A stretch of 55,300 nt of DNA, counting the filler, from Sphacelaria rigidula (taxonomy: Eukaryota): assembly GCA_964200075.2 (NCBI GenBank). It is 5 parts of 5 records of this genome, joined end to end, with 100 filler letters (N's around TTAATTAATTAA, not from the genome) between each part and the next. Parts side by side here need not be neighbours in the genome. Positions count along the whole stretch, not along the records: positions 1 to 10,982 come from CAXNAA020005585.1; positions 11,083 to 22,063 come from CAXNAA020005586.1; 3 more parts are not named here. One strand, 5' to 3'. The position numbers and the translations under genes were made by a program. This document shows positions 1 through 12,760 of the stretch, piece by piece. The notes beneath the pieces were generated by a model. It was not told where the DNA came from and ran no database searches. It saw only the letters and a program-made list of their open reading frames with translations. Position 1 is the stretch's first letter. Each line of letters opens with the position of its first letter.

Positions 1-22
1 GCGGCGGGGGGGGGGGGCGGGG

Positions 23-54
<32 letters not shown>

Positions 55-269
55 GGGGGGGTACAGCACACCGCGCACCAGTGATGTAAACCGCTGCAGT
101 TTTAGAAATGAATTTATGTTCTTTGAAAACCCTGGACAATACATTATGCAGTATGGAATCTATTGTCTATTGCAGCAGGCGCAATAGTCGATACCGTACA
201 CTCGTGTAGTTTTAGAAATTAATCTTGTGTTGTCGTCTCCCGTTCTTGTTCGTCGTCCCCGTCTTTGTT

Positions 270-620
270 CATTTATGTTCGTTTGTCGCTCTGCCCCTTT
301 GCCTCTCTACCCCTTTGCCTCGCTTGTCTACTTATGTCTCCCTCTTGCCCTTTCTGGCAGTGTGGAATGAGTAACGCGTTCGCTACGGCATGCAAACGAT
401 ATGACCTCTTTACCGCTCGGAAGTGTTGTCCGCCCCGTCGCCTCTTGGTTACAAACAAAACTTCTTCGTTATGTTTCTTTGTTGTGTCTTCCTCCCACTC
501 TATTCCGTAGCAAGCGATCTGTTCCGTTCTCTCATATCGGGTGTTATCTTGTGACCACGTACGGCTGGATTATGGCTCCTAGCGCATCAGTTGATGTGGG
601 ATGATACGCGACCAATCAAA
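270..620 (-). pseudogene. Possible IS607-type serine recombinase (tnpA) C-terminal relic
   Basis: Minus-strand fragments GTDRLLR and EVISFACRS resemble the DRLxRFG and IxxFSxR motifs of IS607 TnpA, in the right order; frameshifted. Confidence 0.3.
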
Positions 621-914
621 ATCATGCAGTCAATCTATCTCCCCCTATGCCCCCTCCCTGACTGTGTGCATCTCCCTGTGTCATGTGCATACCTGTAAAG
701 TCCCTGGGCAGCAGGCCACTCTCGATAAGGAACCCCCTTGAGGGGTAACGCAATGAAGGCACATACATATACTTCATGTTTCGCTCCACACGCGATCAAG
801 CAGACAACGTCCCGTGACAGGATTTAAGCACGCCAACGAACACCACGATACGGGTTACACGAGAATGTACAATACAAAAGACGGCCGCGTCCCGGTGATG
901 TAACGAAAAACCTT

Positions 915-1049
915 CACACCCTAGCAAATAGAAAACAAATGTGTTGCGTACAGTATAGAATCTATTGTCTACTGCAATAGGCGCAATAGTTGATACTGTA
1001 CACAGTAAACTTTCGCACAGTGCATTCTGTTATCATTATCCAGGGTGTG
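915..1049. mobile_element. ~135-bp MITE family with CACACCCTGG TIRs
   Basis: Other copies at 9625-9761 and 49818-49963, partial at 131-205. Confidence 0.8.
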
Positions 1050-1867
1050 TCGCAGCTGTTTTTTTCTCCTTTTTTTTTCCTCAAAATATTTAATTTCTGT
1101 CATCGAAAGCCTGAAGACGTACATGAGTAGCACAGAGTATGTTTTATTTTCTGTCCCTGAGTTTGTTTGACGACAGTCGACGCCGCGCGGGAGTGCTGAT
1201 GGTCATGATCCAATCCGCGAGATCAAAATTGCAAGGGAGTACCGGAAGAGGGATGGGGTGATCCCCTTTAGATCGCGGAGGCGTCCAGAGGAACGAAAGG
1301 GTTTTTGGAAGCTGACGAACATACGCATACACAAGCAGTTGCTCACCTTCCAACGCAGCCCAAACGGTGCCGAGCCGAGCCGGGCCATCTATGTCGTCCT
1401 CATTCCTTTCACGATCATCTTCTGAGTTTGTTCCCCAGACGATACCAGCACCTCCACCGATTGCGCAGGCGATGTTGTATCTACGAGTCGTTGTCATCAT
1501 CATCGAGGAGGTTGATGGTCCGAGTAATGTGTCATTATCCAACTCATTGGCTGCGAGACACGTCCGGATTTTCACTGTAGGGGTGTTGATGCACCAAGAG
1601 CAGATGATTAAACCCTTTCAAGATCCGAAACTTTTCCGACGAAAATCTAGTCTGTTTTTTTTTTACATTGCTTGGAAGTATTTTTTTGTTTGGTGGCATA
1701 TATGTGATGAAGATATGAAGACACACACACACACACGCACACATCGCATGGGACACCGTGAATGTGGGGATCGATCCATTGCTCGATTGATTGGTTAATT
1801 GTCGCACACCAACGGATCCCGCACGAGTCATTATCCAGCCATCGTTACTAGATACACAGGCGTACCG

Positions 1868-2170
1868 AGGTGTGTGTGTGTAGTGCCGTCCCATCTATTC
1901 TGGACGCCAGTCTACACCTTTCGGTATATGTGGGCGCATCAGCCGGGGTCACATAAGAAAGCCAACACAGGAGTTTTTCTTTTTTCTTTTCTTTCAGTTC
2001 TCCACCTTCCTTCTGCGGTGCTGTGCCTTCCTCCATTATCGCGAGAGGGGTTAAACGGACCCTTCCCCTCGTCGATCGTAAAGTCGAATTTTTGTGTACC
2101 CACGTCATGGTCGCTCTCCACTGGTGGGCATGGTGTGAGGAAAAATTCCAGATCGTGTGACTTCATCGAG
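1868..2170 (-). mobile_element. SINE family A (5'-truncated)
   Basis: Reverse-complement match to the family A body. Confidence 0.8.
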
Positions 2171-2409
2171 ATACACTTGGAAAAACAAAATACGGGCTAA
2201 ATGGTCTCCCGGGGTCCTAAGACTACACAACCCCAGGTTCTGTTTTTTTTTTGGTCGATCGAATCGGTAACGATCGTCCTGGCGAGTAATCGTACGGAAT
2301 CATTCATCTGCAAGTTCTACCCACTTATTGCGGGGCAGCAATAAAAAGACGTTTATGGACCAAGATACGGATGATAACAGTTCCCTGTTCCCTCCCCCAC
2401 ACAGTAAAT

Positions 2410-2930
2410 TCTTCAAGGGTTGGCGTCGCTTGGCAGAGATGCTGTAAAAACACGTCACTTACCACGTCAGCTAGACAACCAGGGTACCGTTTTTTTTTCT
2501 TCCTCACTTTGATTTTCTTGCGGTAACCATGATGGTAGTCAAGTTCGATCATATTACGCGGGGTGAAGAATCTCAACCCCACGCATAGGGGATGACCGTA
2601 TTACGCAGAGTGAAGATAGTGAGACATTCGTGAGACATTCGTGAGGCAGTGCAACCCCTGGGTGTCGCAGGAAGTGGCGATACCAGAAAAGGTAGTAACT
2701 CATTTGAGGCTGTCATCCGTGCACAAAATCATAAGTACGCTTCCGGCCGAGAAATCTTAATGAACCTGCCTGCGGCTCGCCGCACACATCGCGGCACCTC
2801 GCGCTTGGTGATTGATTGCGAGTCTGATCCGGCGAAAATCGGGCGTGCTCCGTCTCGGCTTTGTAGAGACGCGAAATCAATGATCCTATGACAATGGCGT
2901 GTAAGATCATGAGAACACTCCACCCCACTC
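2410..2930 (-). repeat. Repeat family C
   Basis: Same orientation and sequence as ~16290-16800. Confidence 0.85.
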
Positions 2931-3723
2931 CGCACACATACAAAAGGTTTTCTATAGCGGCGGATTGCCCAGGCAAACACAACCTCGAGAAGTATATCCC
3001 ATGAACGACCTGTTCCTTCTTCCAATGCCCCTGACTCCCGACCGTTTCGGGCCGGAATGAAACTAGTCACTAGTCGGCGACGAATTCGCGATTAAAATAG
3101 CCACCCGTATGAATGGTGACTGTTAAAGTGTAATACCCGTTCGGACACCAGAGCTTGACAAATCTAACTCATTTTTTTTTTGGGGGGGGGGTAAGGGAGG
3201 GTCTCCGGTTGTTGCCAAACACCACTTCTTTCCTTTTTTTTTCCGTCACACTTTCAACCCCTCCCAGTGCCTCCTCGGGACGAGTCCGTGGTATCAACGG
3301 ATCAACCAACCCATCCCTGCCCAAGTACAGTACACGCCTTACATTCTGGTCCCGCGGACTTAATCATGAAAGCATTCACTCCCGCACTGCGTTGATTGTT
3401 GTCGTCGATCTTTTTTTCATGTTGATACATACTCACGTGGTCACATTTTCAGCGATGAAAATCAGTTACTTCCTTGGGAAATAAGCGAAATGCATCCGCT
3501 GGGGTTTGACCCCGTAATCTTCTGACCTAACCGACTATGGTCATGTTCCAGGTGGATCACCGCGCCGCCGCCGTACACCGATTGATCTATCCACTGAGTG
3601 ATTGATTGTCGCACACTAACTGATCCCCGAGGGACCCAGTAGTAGTCATTATCCAGACGATAGACGTATCCAAGATGAAGACAACTGAAACGATCGCGAA
3701 AGAAAACCGAAAGTTGAAAAAAA

Positions 3724-3777
3724 ACAAGCAACAACAACGACAACAACGACAACAACGACAACAACAAGAACAACAAG

Positions 3778-3809
<32 letters not shown>

Positions 3810-3810
3810 G

Positions 3811-3840
<30 letters not shown>
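3724..3840 (+). repeat. (CAA)n microsatellite at the tail of a dispersed repeat (related copies ~14990-15110 and 23250-23370)
   Basis: Visible directly in the sequence. Confidence 0.95.
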
Positions 3841-3841
<1 letters not shown>

Positions 3842-4167
3842 GATACACAAATGGAGTAACTGGAGAAACAAGAACCAAAAACGAGAGCAAACAAAAACAA
3901 AACAAAACAAAAACGAAATATTGATTTCGCCTCATTGATTACTATGCAACAAGCAAGAGCGTTGTTCGAAATAAAGACCACATCGGTACCCTTCAGGGCC
4001 CTGGATGATGACATGCATAGTATTGTCAACCTCTCGCTGATATTGTGCGGCGAAGGTAGGACATTGCTTCCGGCAACGGTAAAGTGGCTCGAATACCTCT
4101 CGGCCACTGATCCTATAGTGCTGCTGCCTTGACAGTGCCCCTGACAGCACGCTACGGAGCTCACCCG

Positions 4168-4510
4168 CCGCGCCCCGGTGGCGGTCTAATAGTACGATTG
4201 AAGCGCTATCAGGTCGGAAGAACGCGGGATTGAGATCCCCGACAAATATTTCTGGTTGTCGTTCTGAGATGTAGTATCCGATTGATTTCGTCGTTGAAAA
4301 CACGAGGGCGTGCGTGCGTGAGTATGTAGCAAAAAAAAAAAAACGCTATTCATGACGGGAGAGTCGACGCAGTGAGGGACTTGCGGAACCAATTCGCGAT
4401 GCCAACATCGCAACGCGTATATCGTTGGAGAGATGAGTGAGTTGATCCCTTGACACCACGGACTCGTCCCAAGGAACGGGATGCGTTGAAAATAGAGTAT
4501 GACCAGAAGA
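4168..4510 (+). mobile_element. SINE family B
   Basis: CGCGCCCCGGTGG head; 3' motif GATCCCTTGACACCACGGACTCGTCCCAAGG. Confidence 0.7.
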
Positions 4511-4782
4511 GAACTGGCATTTTGTTCTGACAGCGCACACGGCAACGGGTGACTTGAGCCTCCTACGCGCCACCTCAGTCTAATGGTACTACTGAATCCA
4601 TCAGGTCGTAAGTGGGTTCAACTCCTCCCACAGTGCCTTGAGCAAAAGCTTTCCGAACGCTTGAGGCGCCCAACCCGTGTATGACCGCCACACGGTGGTC
4701 TAGGCGAGCCTCCGGACAATCTGCACACCAACCCGTTCGCGGGGTAAGTATTGGGTGAGGTTTCCTCCTTCCTTCAAGAAGT

Positions 4783-4940
4783 GAAGTAAACTAGAGTAAA
4801 CTAAAGTAACATAAAGTAAAGTAAAGTAAAGTAAAATAAGGAAAAGTAAAGTAAAATAAAATAAGGAAAAGTAAAGTAGTAAAAATAAAATAAAACAAAA
4901 TAACACAACACAACATAACACAACATAACACAACATAAAA
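4783..4940 (+). repeat. (GTAAA/ATAAA/CATAA)n pentanucleotide tract
   Basis: Visible directly in the sequence. Confidence 0.9.
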
Positions 4941-5139
4941 ATTTAAAAAAAAATTGAAAAAATGTAGGCTCGATTCCCGGCAGATTCACCATGAGTTTCT
5001 TTTCACTCGAAGTATCTGATTTTTCGCCGTTGAAAACGTGGGGACCTGAGTAGGGAAGGAGAGTTGATTTCACGACCGTCGACGCGGTGAGGGAGTAGTT
5101 GCTGGACAAATCCACGACACGCAAATTGCGAGGCTTGTA

Positions 5140-5413
5140 GAGCAGTGCTACGGTAGCGTTGCACTTTCCGCTTCTGGATCTCTTTTTTGTAGGAGCCCGA
5201 ATATATGGGGCTTACTGTGGAACCCAAATATCCGGGGACCGGACTCCCAGAAACATCGTGTATGCACGCAGGGGCCTTTTCGTGAATCGGCATAATTTTC
5301 AGTCTTTTTCAAGTGAAAATGATGCTGATTCTCAAAATGACCCGTCCAAAACCCCGAGCAGCCCCGGGAAACGTTTTCGCTAAAAAAGTGCAACCCCTAT
5401 CGTAGCATTGCTC
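5140..5413. mobile_element. MITE with GAG..CTC termini and a 4-bp TSD (Sola-like)
   Basis: TIR GAGCA(G/A)TGCTACG; TSD TGTA. Confidence 0.85.
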
Positions 5414-5759
5414 TGTACTATACCGGGGGCGAGATGGGTTGATGCCGTGAAAGAACGGGCTTTTCCCGAGGGAGGTGAGGGGGTGACGTTGAAAATGTGA
5501 CGACCACGAACAAGAGGCGAAAAAACACATACACAATTTTCATGAACTCCGAACTCCGCAAAAAGGGGGACGCAGGCTGGGGGGCACTCACATAGGGGTG
5601 TTTGGCCACGCATGATCGTTGCACAATGTGTAAACACCGTCCCAAAACATTATTGACCCCGTAATCGCCGCTAGACTCTGCTTTCATCGAAAGGGCACAT
5701 GATGCATGTACAAGAGTGCACGAGGCGGCGGTGGCGGAGGGGGGGAGGGGGGAAGGGGG

Positions 5760-6300
5760 GGGGAGGGTATTCATGATCTTGCATGCCGTAGTCGTACGAC
5801 CGTTGACCTCGCAACCCTACAAAGCCGGGACGGAGCACGCGGAGTTTTCGACGGACAACACTCTCGAACAATCACCAAGCGCCAAGCGCCGTGATGTGCT
5901 CGGCGAGTCGCATGAAGGGTGACCTGCATTCTGCTGAGATTATTCGGCCCGAATCGTACTATCTTGCACACGGATGACAGCCTTGAATGATAGCATTATT
6001 ACCTGGCATTGTCGCTTCCAGAGACAGCCACGGGTTACACACTGCCTCATGGGTGTCTCACCACATAAACTCTACGTCGTACGTTCATCCTCTTACCGCG
6101 AAGTATAGATTCTACCATCCCGCATGAACTAGCTCGACCACCATCATGGTTATCGCAAAAAAATGTAAGCGCAAAAATAAAAAACCGGTAAATTACTTGG
6201 TTGCCAAGCTTACGCTGTGAGTGGGGTGTTTTACGGCGTCGTTGCCAACCGACGCCAACCCTCATAAGGTGCCGGAGGGTGGGGGTGGGGGAGGGGTACG
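5760..6300 (+). repeat. Dispersed ~550-bp repeat, family C
   Basis: Inverted copies at ~2410-2930 and ~16240-16800; partial copies at 7080-7175, 14235-14390 and 46455-46570. Confidence 0.85.
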
Positions 6301-6971
6301 AGAGAAATATGGAAATTGATGCATCCGAAGCTTCTGGTGCAAGACCTCCACGAACAGTATCCCACGGCACAGCGGGTAAAATGGCGAAAAGATACAGTTC
6401 AATTACAGCTACAGTTGCTCAATACAGCACAGCAAAATGAACTGCTTCCCCAGTGACTTCACATACAGCCTGCGCCTGGGAAACGTTTTACCACAACTCT
6501 GATTACTAGGAGCTAGACTCGTACTCGCAATTGTACCGATACCATGATAAAACCCGATAAGGGGTGGGAGGGGGGGGGTAGTGTACACCGTGCCGTTTCG
6601 GGGACCGAGAACATTCGAAGCACGCGGAAAAATCAACTTATTCTCGATCGGGCCATAAACGACGGATAGATGTGAAAAAAGAGCAGCCAAAACATGACTT
6701 TTGAAGAAGTTTCACCGTTGGAGTTACGACATGTATTTACCCTCAGGAATCATTAGTTTTCGACTACTGGATGATGACATATAAACGCGCCCCGGTGATG
6801 TCATGGTACAACCAACACCACTAGGTCCGGAAAAAACGTGGGTTCGATTCCCGCCACATGCGTCCAGTTTGGGTCTTCCTCAAAAGTACATGATGTCCGT
6901 CGTTGAGCATGTGAGAACTTAAGCAGCAAAAGTATAACGTTCCACTGAGTGTGTTACACAGCAGTCGACGC

Positions 6972-7010
<39 letters not shown>

Positions 7011-7599
7011 TCATTTGTTGCTTGCCCTAGTCGTTTGACCATTGACCACGGATGTTTTTCGAGACGGGTCACCGGTGTGGGGGTGTAAGCATGATCTTGC
7101 AAGCCATAGTCATATGACCGTTGACCTCGCATCCCTACAAAGCCGGGACGAGCGCGCCGGGTTTTCCCCGGGCCAGGGCACCGATGTGGGAGGGAGTGTT
7201 AACGGTCATGATCCAATCAATCCGCGATACCAAAATGTCAGACGTGTGCTGTAACGGGGGAGTGATGGATTGGTCTCAGGAGATCACGGTCTCGTCCCAA
7301 GGAGTGAGATGGATGGAAAGAGAGGCGGGAAAAAAATGTGTGGATCTTACAGAGAGAGCACCCTAGGTTCTGGAACGTTTTGTGCTCTGATGCTGATTTT
7401 GTATCGACCTGTCCTCTCAATTCTGTACGGGGAGGCTTTCGTGACTGCGTGTTTTGCTGTATTTGGTTTATATCCACAATGGGGGAGAGGAGGGGGGGGG
7501 AGGGGAAGCGTGGAGCATCGAATCTTGACGGCGTTACTGTTGTAGAAGAATGAAACATGCATGGAGGAGGTTAGACAGTCATGAAAAAACAAACAATTG

Positions 7600-8620
7600 T
7601 CCACGTTCCCAAGTACAGATGATGGCAGAATTCTTCAACGTAGACTCCGCTTCTCCGTGCTCTAAGCCGTCAAGGATACCGAACAACACCTGAGCGACAG
7701 TATTCGACATCTGTGCACGCAGTTCACCATCACGAATAAAGCAATACCCTGCGCGTGATCAAACGGGAAACGTACCTACGGAACGGTTACATTTCCCCAC
7801 TACGGAACTGAAACTCAGAAGTCCATCGATCTGAGGTGCTAACCTCGCCACCTGCAACTTACCCGACCGTAGAACCTTGACTTGTCCCTCCAGTTAAGCT
7901 GCCCGCGCGCCAAAAGAGAGCTCATTTCTGCCAATGACCCCTCGTGGTCCACAGAATCCATACCTTTCGATACCATCAGGTCGGGTATAACGGTTCGGAG
8001 TCGGGGTCGACAGTTGTAATCCAGGGTTCAGGGTTGAATGCGTCACTCCAGGAGTCGGTGGATTTCAAGGGTCGGACGAATTAATGATTAGTCTAGAAAT
8101 TACTTGATTTTAGTGTGATTGATTCGTACCGTACGAATCAACCCTTGAGCTCTCTTTTCAGCGTTGCAACTCAGGTACGCGCACCCCAGGCACGTGGAAT
8201 GGCGCAAAAAATGCGTGGAGACCTTTTTTGACCAGCGGTCAACTTTTTTTGTTTCTTTCGAGCAATCAGGCCTGAAAAATCGTAGGTTTGGTGATTCGAA
8301 CCGGCGATGGTTTGTTCGGACCGTGGTGGATTTGATTGGCACATGGCATAGTATCACCTTCTGCCGCCAAAGGAACTGTCCACGCGTTGTGGTAGATTCG
8401 TTCGCGGTGACAAGTTTTATGAGACAGGGAAGACTTCTGGATGTCCAAAAAACGGACCATTGGGTCGCTTCTTAACTTGAAAAAAAGTTCCGACTGAAGG
8501 AGAAATATATATAGACACACAGACACACACACGCTCGAGACACTTCCAGATGGCGAAACTTCTGTGTGGAACTCAAGTGACATGGCAGTGGATGTCGTAG
8601 GGAAAAAGAAAAAACAATCG
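7600..8620 (+). pseudogene. Fanzor1-like relic (WED to RuvC-II)
   Basis: TVFDI (~7697), GNVPTE, ISANDP (~7924, RuvC-I-like); after a repeat at ~8000-8330, RVVVDSFAVTSFMRQGRLLDVQKT..KKF (RuvC-II region). Confidence 0.4.
8135..8330 (+). repeat. Dispersed repeat shared with 40860-41050
   Basis: Shared TTTTCAGCGTTGCAAC..CACGTGGAATGGCGCAAA..GACCAGCGGTCAACTTTT. Confidence 0.8.
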
Positions 8621-8782
8621 TAGAGTGGCATCGAGGCGGAGAAACATGATGTTTCAAACTGATGCTCCGGCGGGGCTTGACTCGAAAATCGTTCCTACGG
8701 AAACATCTTCGGGACAGGATAAAAGAAAAAAACGTCATGAGACTACCCGGGACAACCACAACATTATGTGACGACCCAAGCT

Positions 8783-8893
8783 TAGGTTTCTACTTATTAT
8801 GCTAGTACGGGGTCTGTGTGCATGTGATCCATCATTATTTTCAACATGAACGATCTTTTCAGACCCCGTACTAGCATAATAAGTAGAAGCCTA
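8783..8893. mobile_element. 111-bp hAT-like MITE
   Basis: 34-bp TIR starting TAGG with 1 mismatch; 8-bp TSD CCCAAGCT/CCCAAGAT. Confidence 0.9.
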
Positions 8894-9624
8894 CCCAAGA
8901 TTGTGTGTGAGTGTGTGCATGTGCATGCGCGCGTCTGTGTTGCGTGACTCCTTGCCGCGATCTCCCGTCGCTTTGGGTTCAGTTTGTGGATCGAAGTGCG
9001 TCATGTGCAGCCATGAAGGTAACATCGTCTTCCATCTCCGCACAACATACAGGCTGGTTCCGCACCATTTGGCCCCAAGAAGAGTCTCCGGCGCGAACAG
9101 GACGAGCAGGAGCAGGAAGTAGAACGACCAAAAGATTCTCTGCAGTCTTACAGACGATCTGGAGTGCGCGGTGTGCTCTTTTCATATTTTCATTGCCATT
9201 TCACACTATCCTCGACGTCAAATACGGTCTGGTCACAGTACCCGTTAATGGTTGGTACAGACATCAACATATCCAAATTCTTGCTCGACCTGCTCTGGGA
9301 AAATGGTGAGCGTGTAACCGACGTCGAGGCGAGACCAGCGATACTTGTTTTGGCTCCTAAATCCTGGCCGCTCGGAAATTATGGCAAAACAACTGTTGAG
9401 AAAACATCTACATTAATGTACTCGATTTCCATGCCCGGGGAAAATCTAAATACCTTGGATCGTTCCCCCGAGATTCGAGGGGTAGGGGCTGAAATTATTT
9501 CATTATAGGAGTGTATTGAACGTTCAAAGGCCATGCCCAGGGGTGTCTTCGTTTATTGTAGTTTTCATGTCCGTCGAAGCGACTTTCCGTGTTCAAGATC
9601 CGCTTTTATCTCTAGAAAAAAAAA

Positions 9625-9761
9625 CATACCCGGGACAACAAATTACATTATCGAAAGTGTACTGCGTAGAGTATGGAATAAATTGCCTATCACAATAGGC
9701 GCAATAGTCGATACTGTACGCAGTACATTCTTGGACAACGTAGACTATTGTCCAGGGTGTG
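9625..9761. mobile_element. CACACCCTGG-family MITE
   Basis: TIRs plus a shared core, GCGCAATAGTCGATACTGTAC. Confidence 0.8.
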
Positions 9762-10089
9762 AAAAAATATAAGAAACAAGACGTCCCTGGTCATGGCCTT
9801 CAAACCATGAAAGTGCTCCTCTCGTCAAAATTTCAGGTTCAAATTTCGAATTTCGAGAGAGCAATCGCTGGAGTCCTTGTTTTGGCTTAAAAGTAGTAGT
9901 GGGACCAGCCTATACGCATCAATCCTCTACGACGTCGCCTGACACGCACAAGTTGGAGGGGGGGTCGTCTACTCCGGCGCAGTCACCTCGTACTACGACA
10001 TATGTATGTATGTTTATACATGAAGTATATAAATACTCGGGTTTCGGTAGCTTACACCGCCACGCTCAGTGGATCGAATTTCAAGAAAC

Positions 10090-10930
10090 ATGAGAAACGG
10101 TGATACTTACGTGCGTTACGTACGGGCACATGCCGTCGTGTCAAGAAAAAGTCGTAACTGCTCATCAGCTGAGAAAGCTGTGTGTGATCATGCACAAATC
10201 TGTTCGGCACTCAATGAGAAACGATCCGAAAATTATGCCGATTTAATTTGAATTGATGCCGATTCAGACCTGATGCCTATTCGAATTTGAAGTGATGGCG
10301 AATCACGAGGAAAAAAATCGCATGTACGGTTGAGTATCAGCAGCGGCTACACCAGCAGTACAGAGAAGGTAAAAAAGGGAATGCGTTGAGCCGATGCGAC
10401 ATGCGTACAAGATCAAAACACGCTCGAAGTGTGCCAGCTCCACTCCCAGAGTTCAGTGGAGAACGACGGCACGCTGATGGTCTCGTGTTGAAAAAAAATG
10501 GTGCCGATTTCAAAAATGAACACATTTGCCTCTTTTGGCCCGAAGAGGAACATAGATATCCCGTTAACATGATCACATGCGAAGGCTTGGCACACAACCA
10601 AGCACAATTAGAGGTGAACCTGAGGAACCAACCAATTTCCACCGCAACCCAAAAACACACACCTCGAACCGAACTTACTCATCAGCTGTTTTCACATGAC
10701 CTTAAACAAATGTTTTGAGCATTCAATGAGAGATGATTATTTGTGTGAGACGAGTGCAAACTGGTGATAGCTGTGTGCGTTGCGTGATGACACGTGTCAC
10801 TGTCTGAAAAAAAAGCCGTAACTGCACATCAGCCGGGCAACGAATACCTGGTCTTGCACAAATCCGGTCAGAATTCGATGAGCAACAATCCGAAAATGAC
10901 GCCGATTCAATTTTGAAGTGATGGCGAGCC
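10090..10930. repeat. Degenerate ~200-bp direct repeats flanking ~440 bp
   Basis: 10090-10305 resembles 10745-10930. Confidence 0.6.
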
Positions 10931-10982
10931 ATCCTACGATAGGGGTGGGGGTATTTTGGGGCATTTGTTGCTCGAAATTTCG

Positions 10983-11082
10983 NNNNNNNNNNNNNNNNNN
11001 NNNNNNNNNNNNNNNNNNNNNNNNNNTTAATTAATTAANNNNNNNNNNNNNNNNNNNNNNNNNNNNNNNNNNNNNNNNNNNN
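10983..11082. other. Artificial contig linker N-TTAATTAATTAA-N
   Basis: 100-nt spacer containing stops in all frames; identical spacers at 22064-22163, 33143-33242 and 44222-44321. Confidence 0.98.
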
Positions 11083-11116
<34 letters not shown>

Positions 11117-11169
11117 TATTCATATTCATATTAATATATATATATATTCTGGTTCTGTTGCGCTTCAAG

Positions 11170-12464
11170 TGTGCCCTATTTCCTCGCGTGCGGTGAATCG
11201 GTACGGCAAGCCCTGGACTGAAAAATCAGACCGCGCCCGTTATTTGAACCCTCAGACAGTGAGAGTAGGTCATCTGTTGAATCGGTACAATTTCACTTGA
11301 AGAAACAGTGCATGATCCAAATGAACTATCCTCGCGGTCCGAGGATTAAGTAGCACGTAGATGAGAAACTGAGCCTTGATTTCAGGGGGGGAAAATTGAT
11401 GGATTCGGCCATTAAAAACAAAGCTCATTTCAATGCTGCGCGCTGATGATTTCGCACACTATATAACGTAATAATAAACAATATGTTTGATCTTCATGAC
11501 TTGAGAGCTTTAGCCTCGGCGCAATCTCATGTTCCTAAATAGCCGGCCGCGTCTATGGGCGAAGCGGTAGCACATACCCAGGGCAGTCAGTATGCTTCGA
11601 TTGATCGATTGGTTTTCGCACATTTTACTGATCCTCTAATAATCAAGTGTTGGTGTGTATATTTACAGCTGTTGTTTCGCGATGGGTCTGGAGCGACGTA
11701 GTTTTCACCACTCGGTCGATTAGAACTTTCCCCAAATTTTATTACTTGATTTAATTGTGAATATCGATATCCGCATCTTCAATGGGGCTGACAACCACAA
11801 GTGGTACTAGCGCGAGCAGGACGCGTTTGCGTCAAAATCTGCGCCTGCGGCAGCGATCTGAGGTCTACCAACGCCGCACTTTATCTAGGGAACACTTTAC
11901 ACCCCCTTTGCCCGAGGGTTCTCGGTATGTCTTGGGTTGGGGTTAGGCGTAGAGTTAGCGTTAGTACGGCATGATATGTTTCCGAGAATATTCTTCGAAA
12001 ATTCAATCGACCAAGTTGTAGACGTACTTCCTAGAGCGATATGATACTCCATCGAGAAAATATCTCTAGTTCATACCAAGCATGAGCAAAATGGGCAGCA
12101 TGCTAGGAATGTCGAACAGCCATGGATTCCTAATCTGGTCTACTTCCTTGTAGTGCCTTTTCATGTTCTCTGCCTTGTCCTCGCTGTGTGGGCGCACACT
12201 TACGTTCTTGAGGTCGAATAGACACGAACATTCGATACTAAAATAGTACCCGGCAGCTTGGTGATGTTTTTTACTGGTCCCCTGGTTGATCTGAAGCGTT
12301 ACTGTCTTGAAAGTATCCCTGACCTCTTCGCTGTTTCGGCTTCCTCTCCGTTGCTCGTTTTTTTGCGTGTGTGTGTTCGTGTCCTGTTTTACTGTTGTAA
12401 TATTGTCCGCCCCATCTATCCTCAGGTGGATATTGCAGTCGTGAAGCGCACCCTTCGGGCGCTT
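11170..12464 (-). pseudogene. Near full-length Fanzor2/IS607-TnpB-like relic
   Basis: In order: FKTVTLQIN (HTH), NPWLFDIP (~12105-12129), YRSRK (~12027-12041), GCKVFPR, YHLWL, VAPDP (11683-11697, RuvC-I), RISKMC..RLRRG*..KIKHIV..*CAK, LNPRTARIVHLDHALFLQVKLYR (~11283-11350), IFQSRAC..DSPHARK. The stretch ~11270-11635 stays in one frame with few stops. Confidence 0.75.
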
Positions 12465-12589
12465 CTATTCTATAACCAGATCACACTGGTTGACACGTTC
12501 GCCTACAGGAACGTCTACGTGCCGACGGACAAGACGGAAGGTTTGGAAACCGTTTGACCGTCAGTGACGGGGATTCAACGCTGCCCGCT

Positions 12590-12721
12590 TTGAACCCTTT
12601 TGGAACCCGTTGGCAATTTTTGTTTGTTTGTGAACCGGCATCATTTTGACTTGAAGATTGACTGAAAATGACACCGATTCAAGAAACGAAAAAATCGTTG
12701 ACGGGTTCCAATAGGGTTCAA
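12590..12721. mobile_element. piggyBac-like MITE
   Basis: CCCTTTTGGAACCCGT..ACGGGTTCCAATAGGG; second copy at ~51647-51776 ends AGGG-TTAA. Confidence 0.7.
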
Positions 12722-12760
12722 AACAGTCATTTGTTGTCAGTTACTCCACTTTGCGGGTTG

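Larger units (their letters stand above)
790..6480 (-). pseudogene. Fanzor1-like relic fragmented by SINE insertions
   Basis: Colinear fragments between SINEs: N-terminal YVKSLGK..RGILFVEV (6340-6470); REC/WED-like pieces (4560-4760, 3940-4170, 2940-3050); DYSPGR (~2280, RuvC-I-like); IGGGAGIVWG..GPARLGTVWAAL (1350-1460); RGVRW..LLDR (790-850, Zn/RuvC-III-like). Confidence 0.5.
8630..9900 (-). pseudogene. Fanzor2/IS607-TnpB-like relic
   Basis: GQDLGAKTSIAG (9346-9369, RuvC-I), KNLDMLMS, MKRAHRAL..VVLLP..QMV, KLNPKRRE, T*CCGCPG*SH (~8745-8770, Zn finger), GASV*NIMFLR (~8635-8665, RuvC-III region); split by MITEs at 8783 and 9625. Confidence 0.6.

Noticed and set aside
3462-4164. Poly-L/C/V/Q ORFs here, and poly-H/I/S/M ORFs at 24173-24665
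   Set aside because: These are microsatellite translation artefacts.
11027-11038. TTAATTAATTAA as a biological motif
   Set aside because: It is an assembly linker embedded in Ns, repeated four times.
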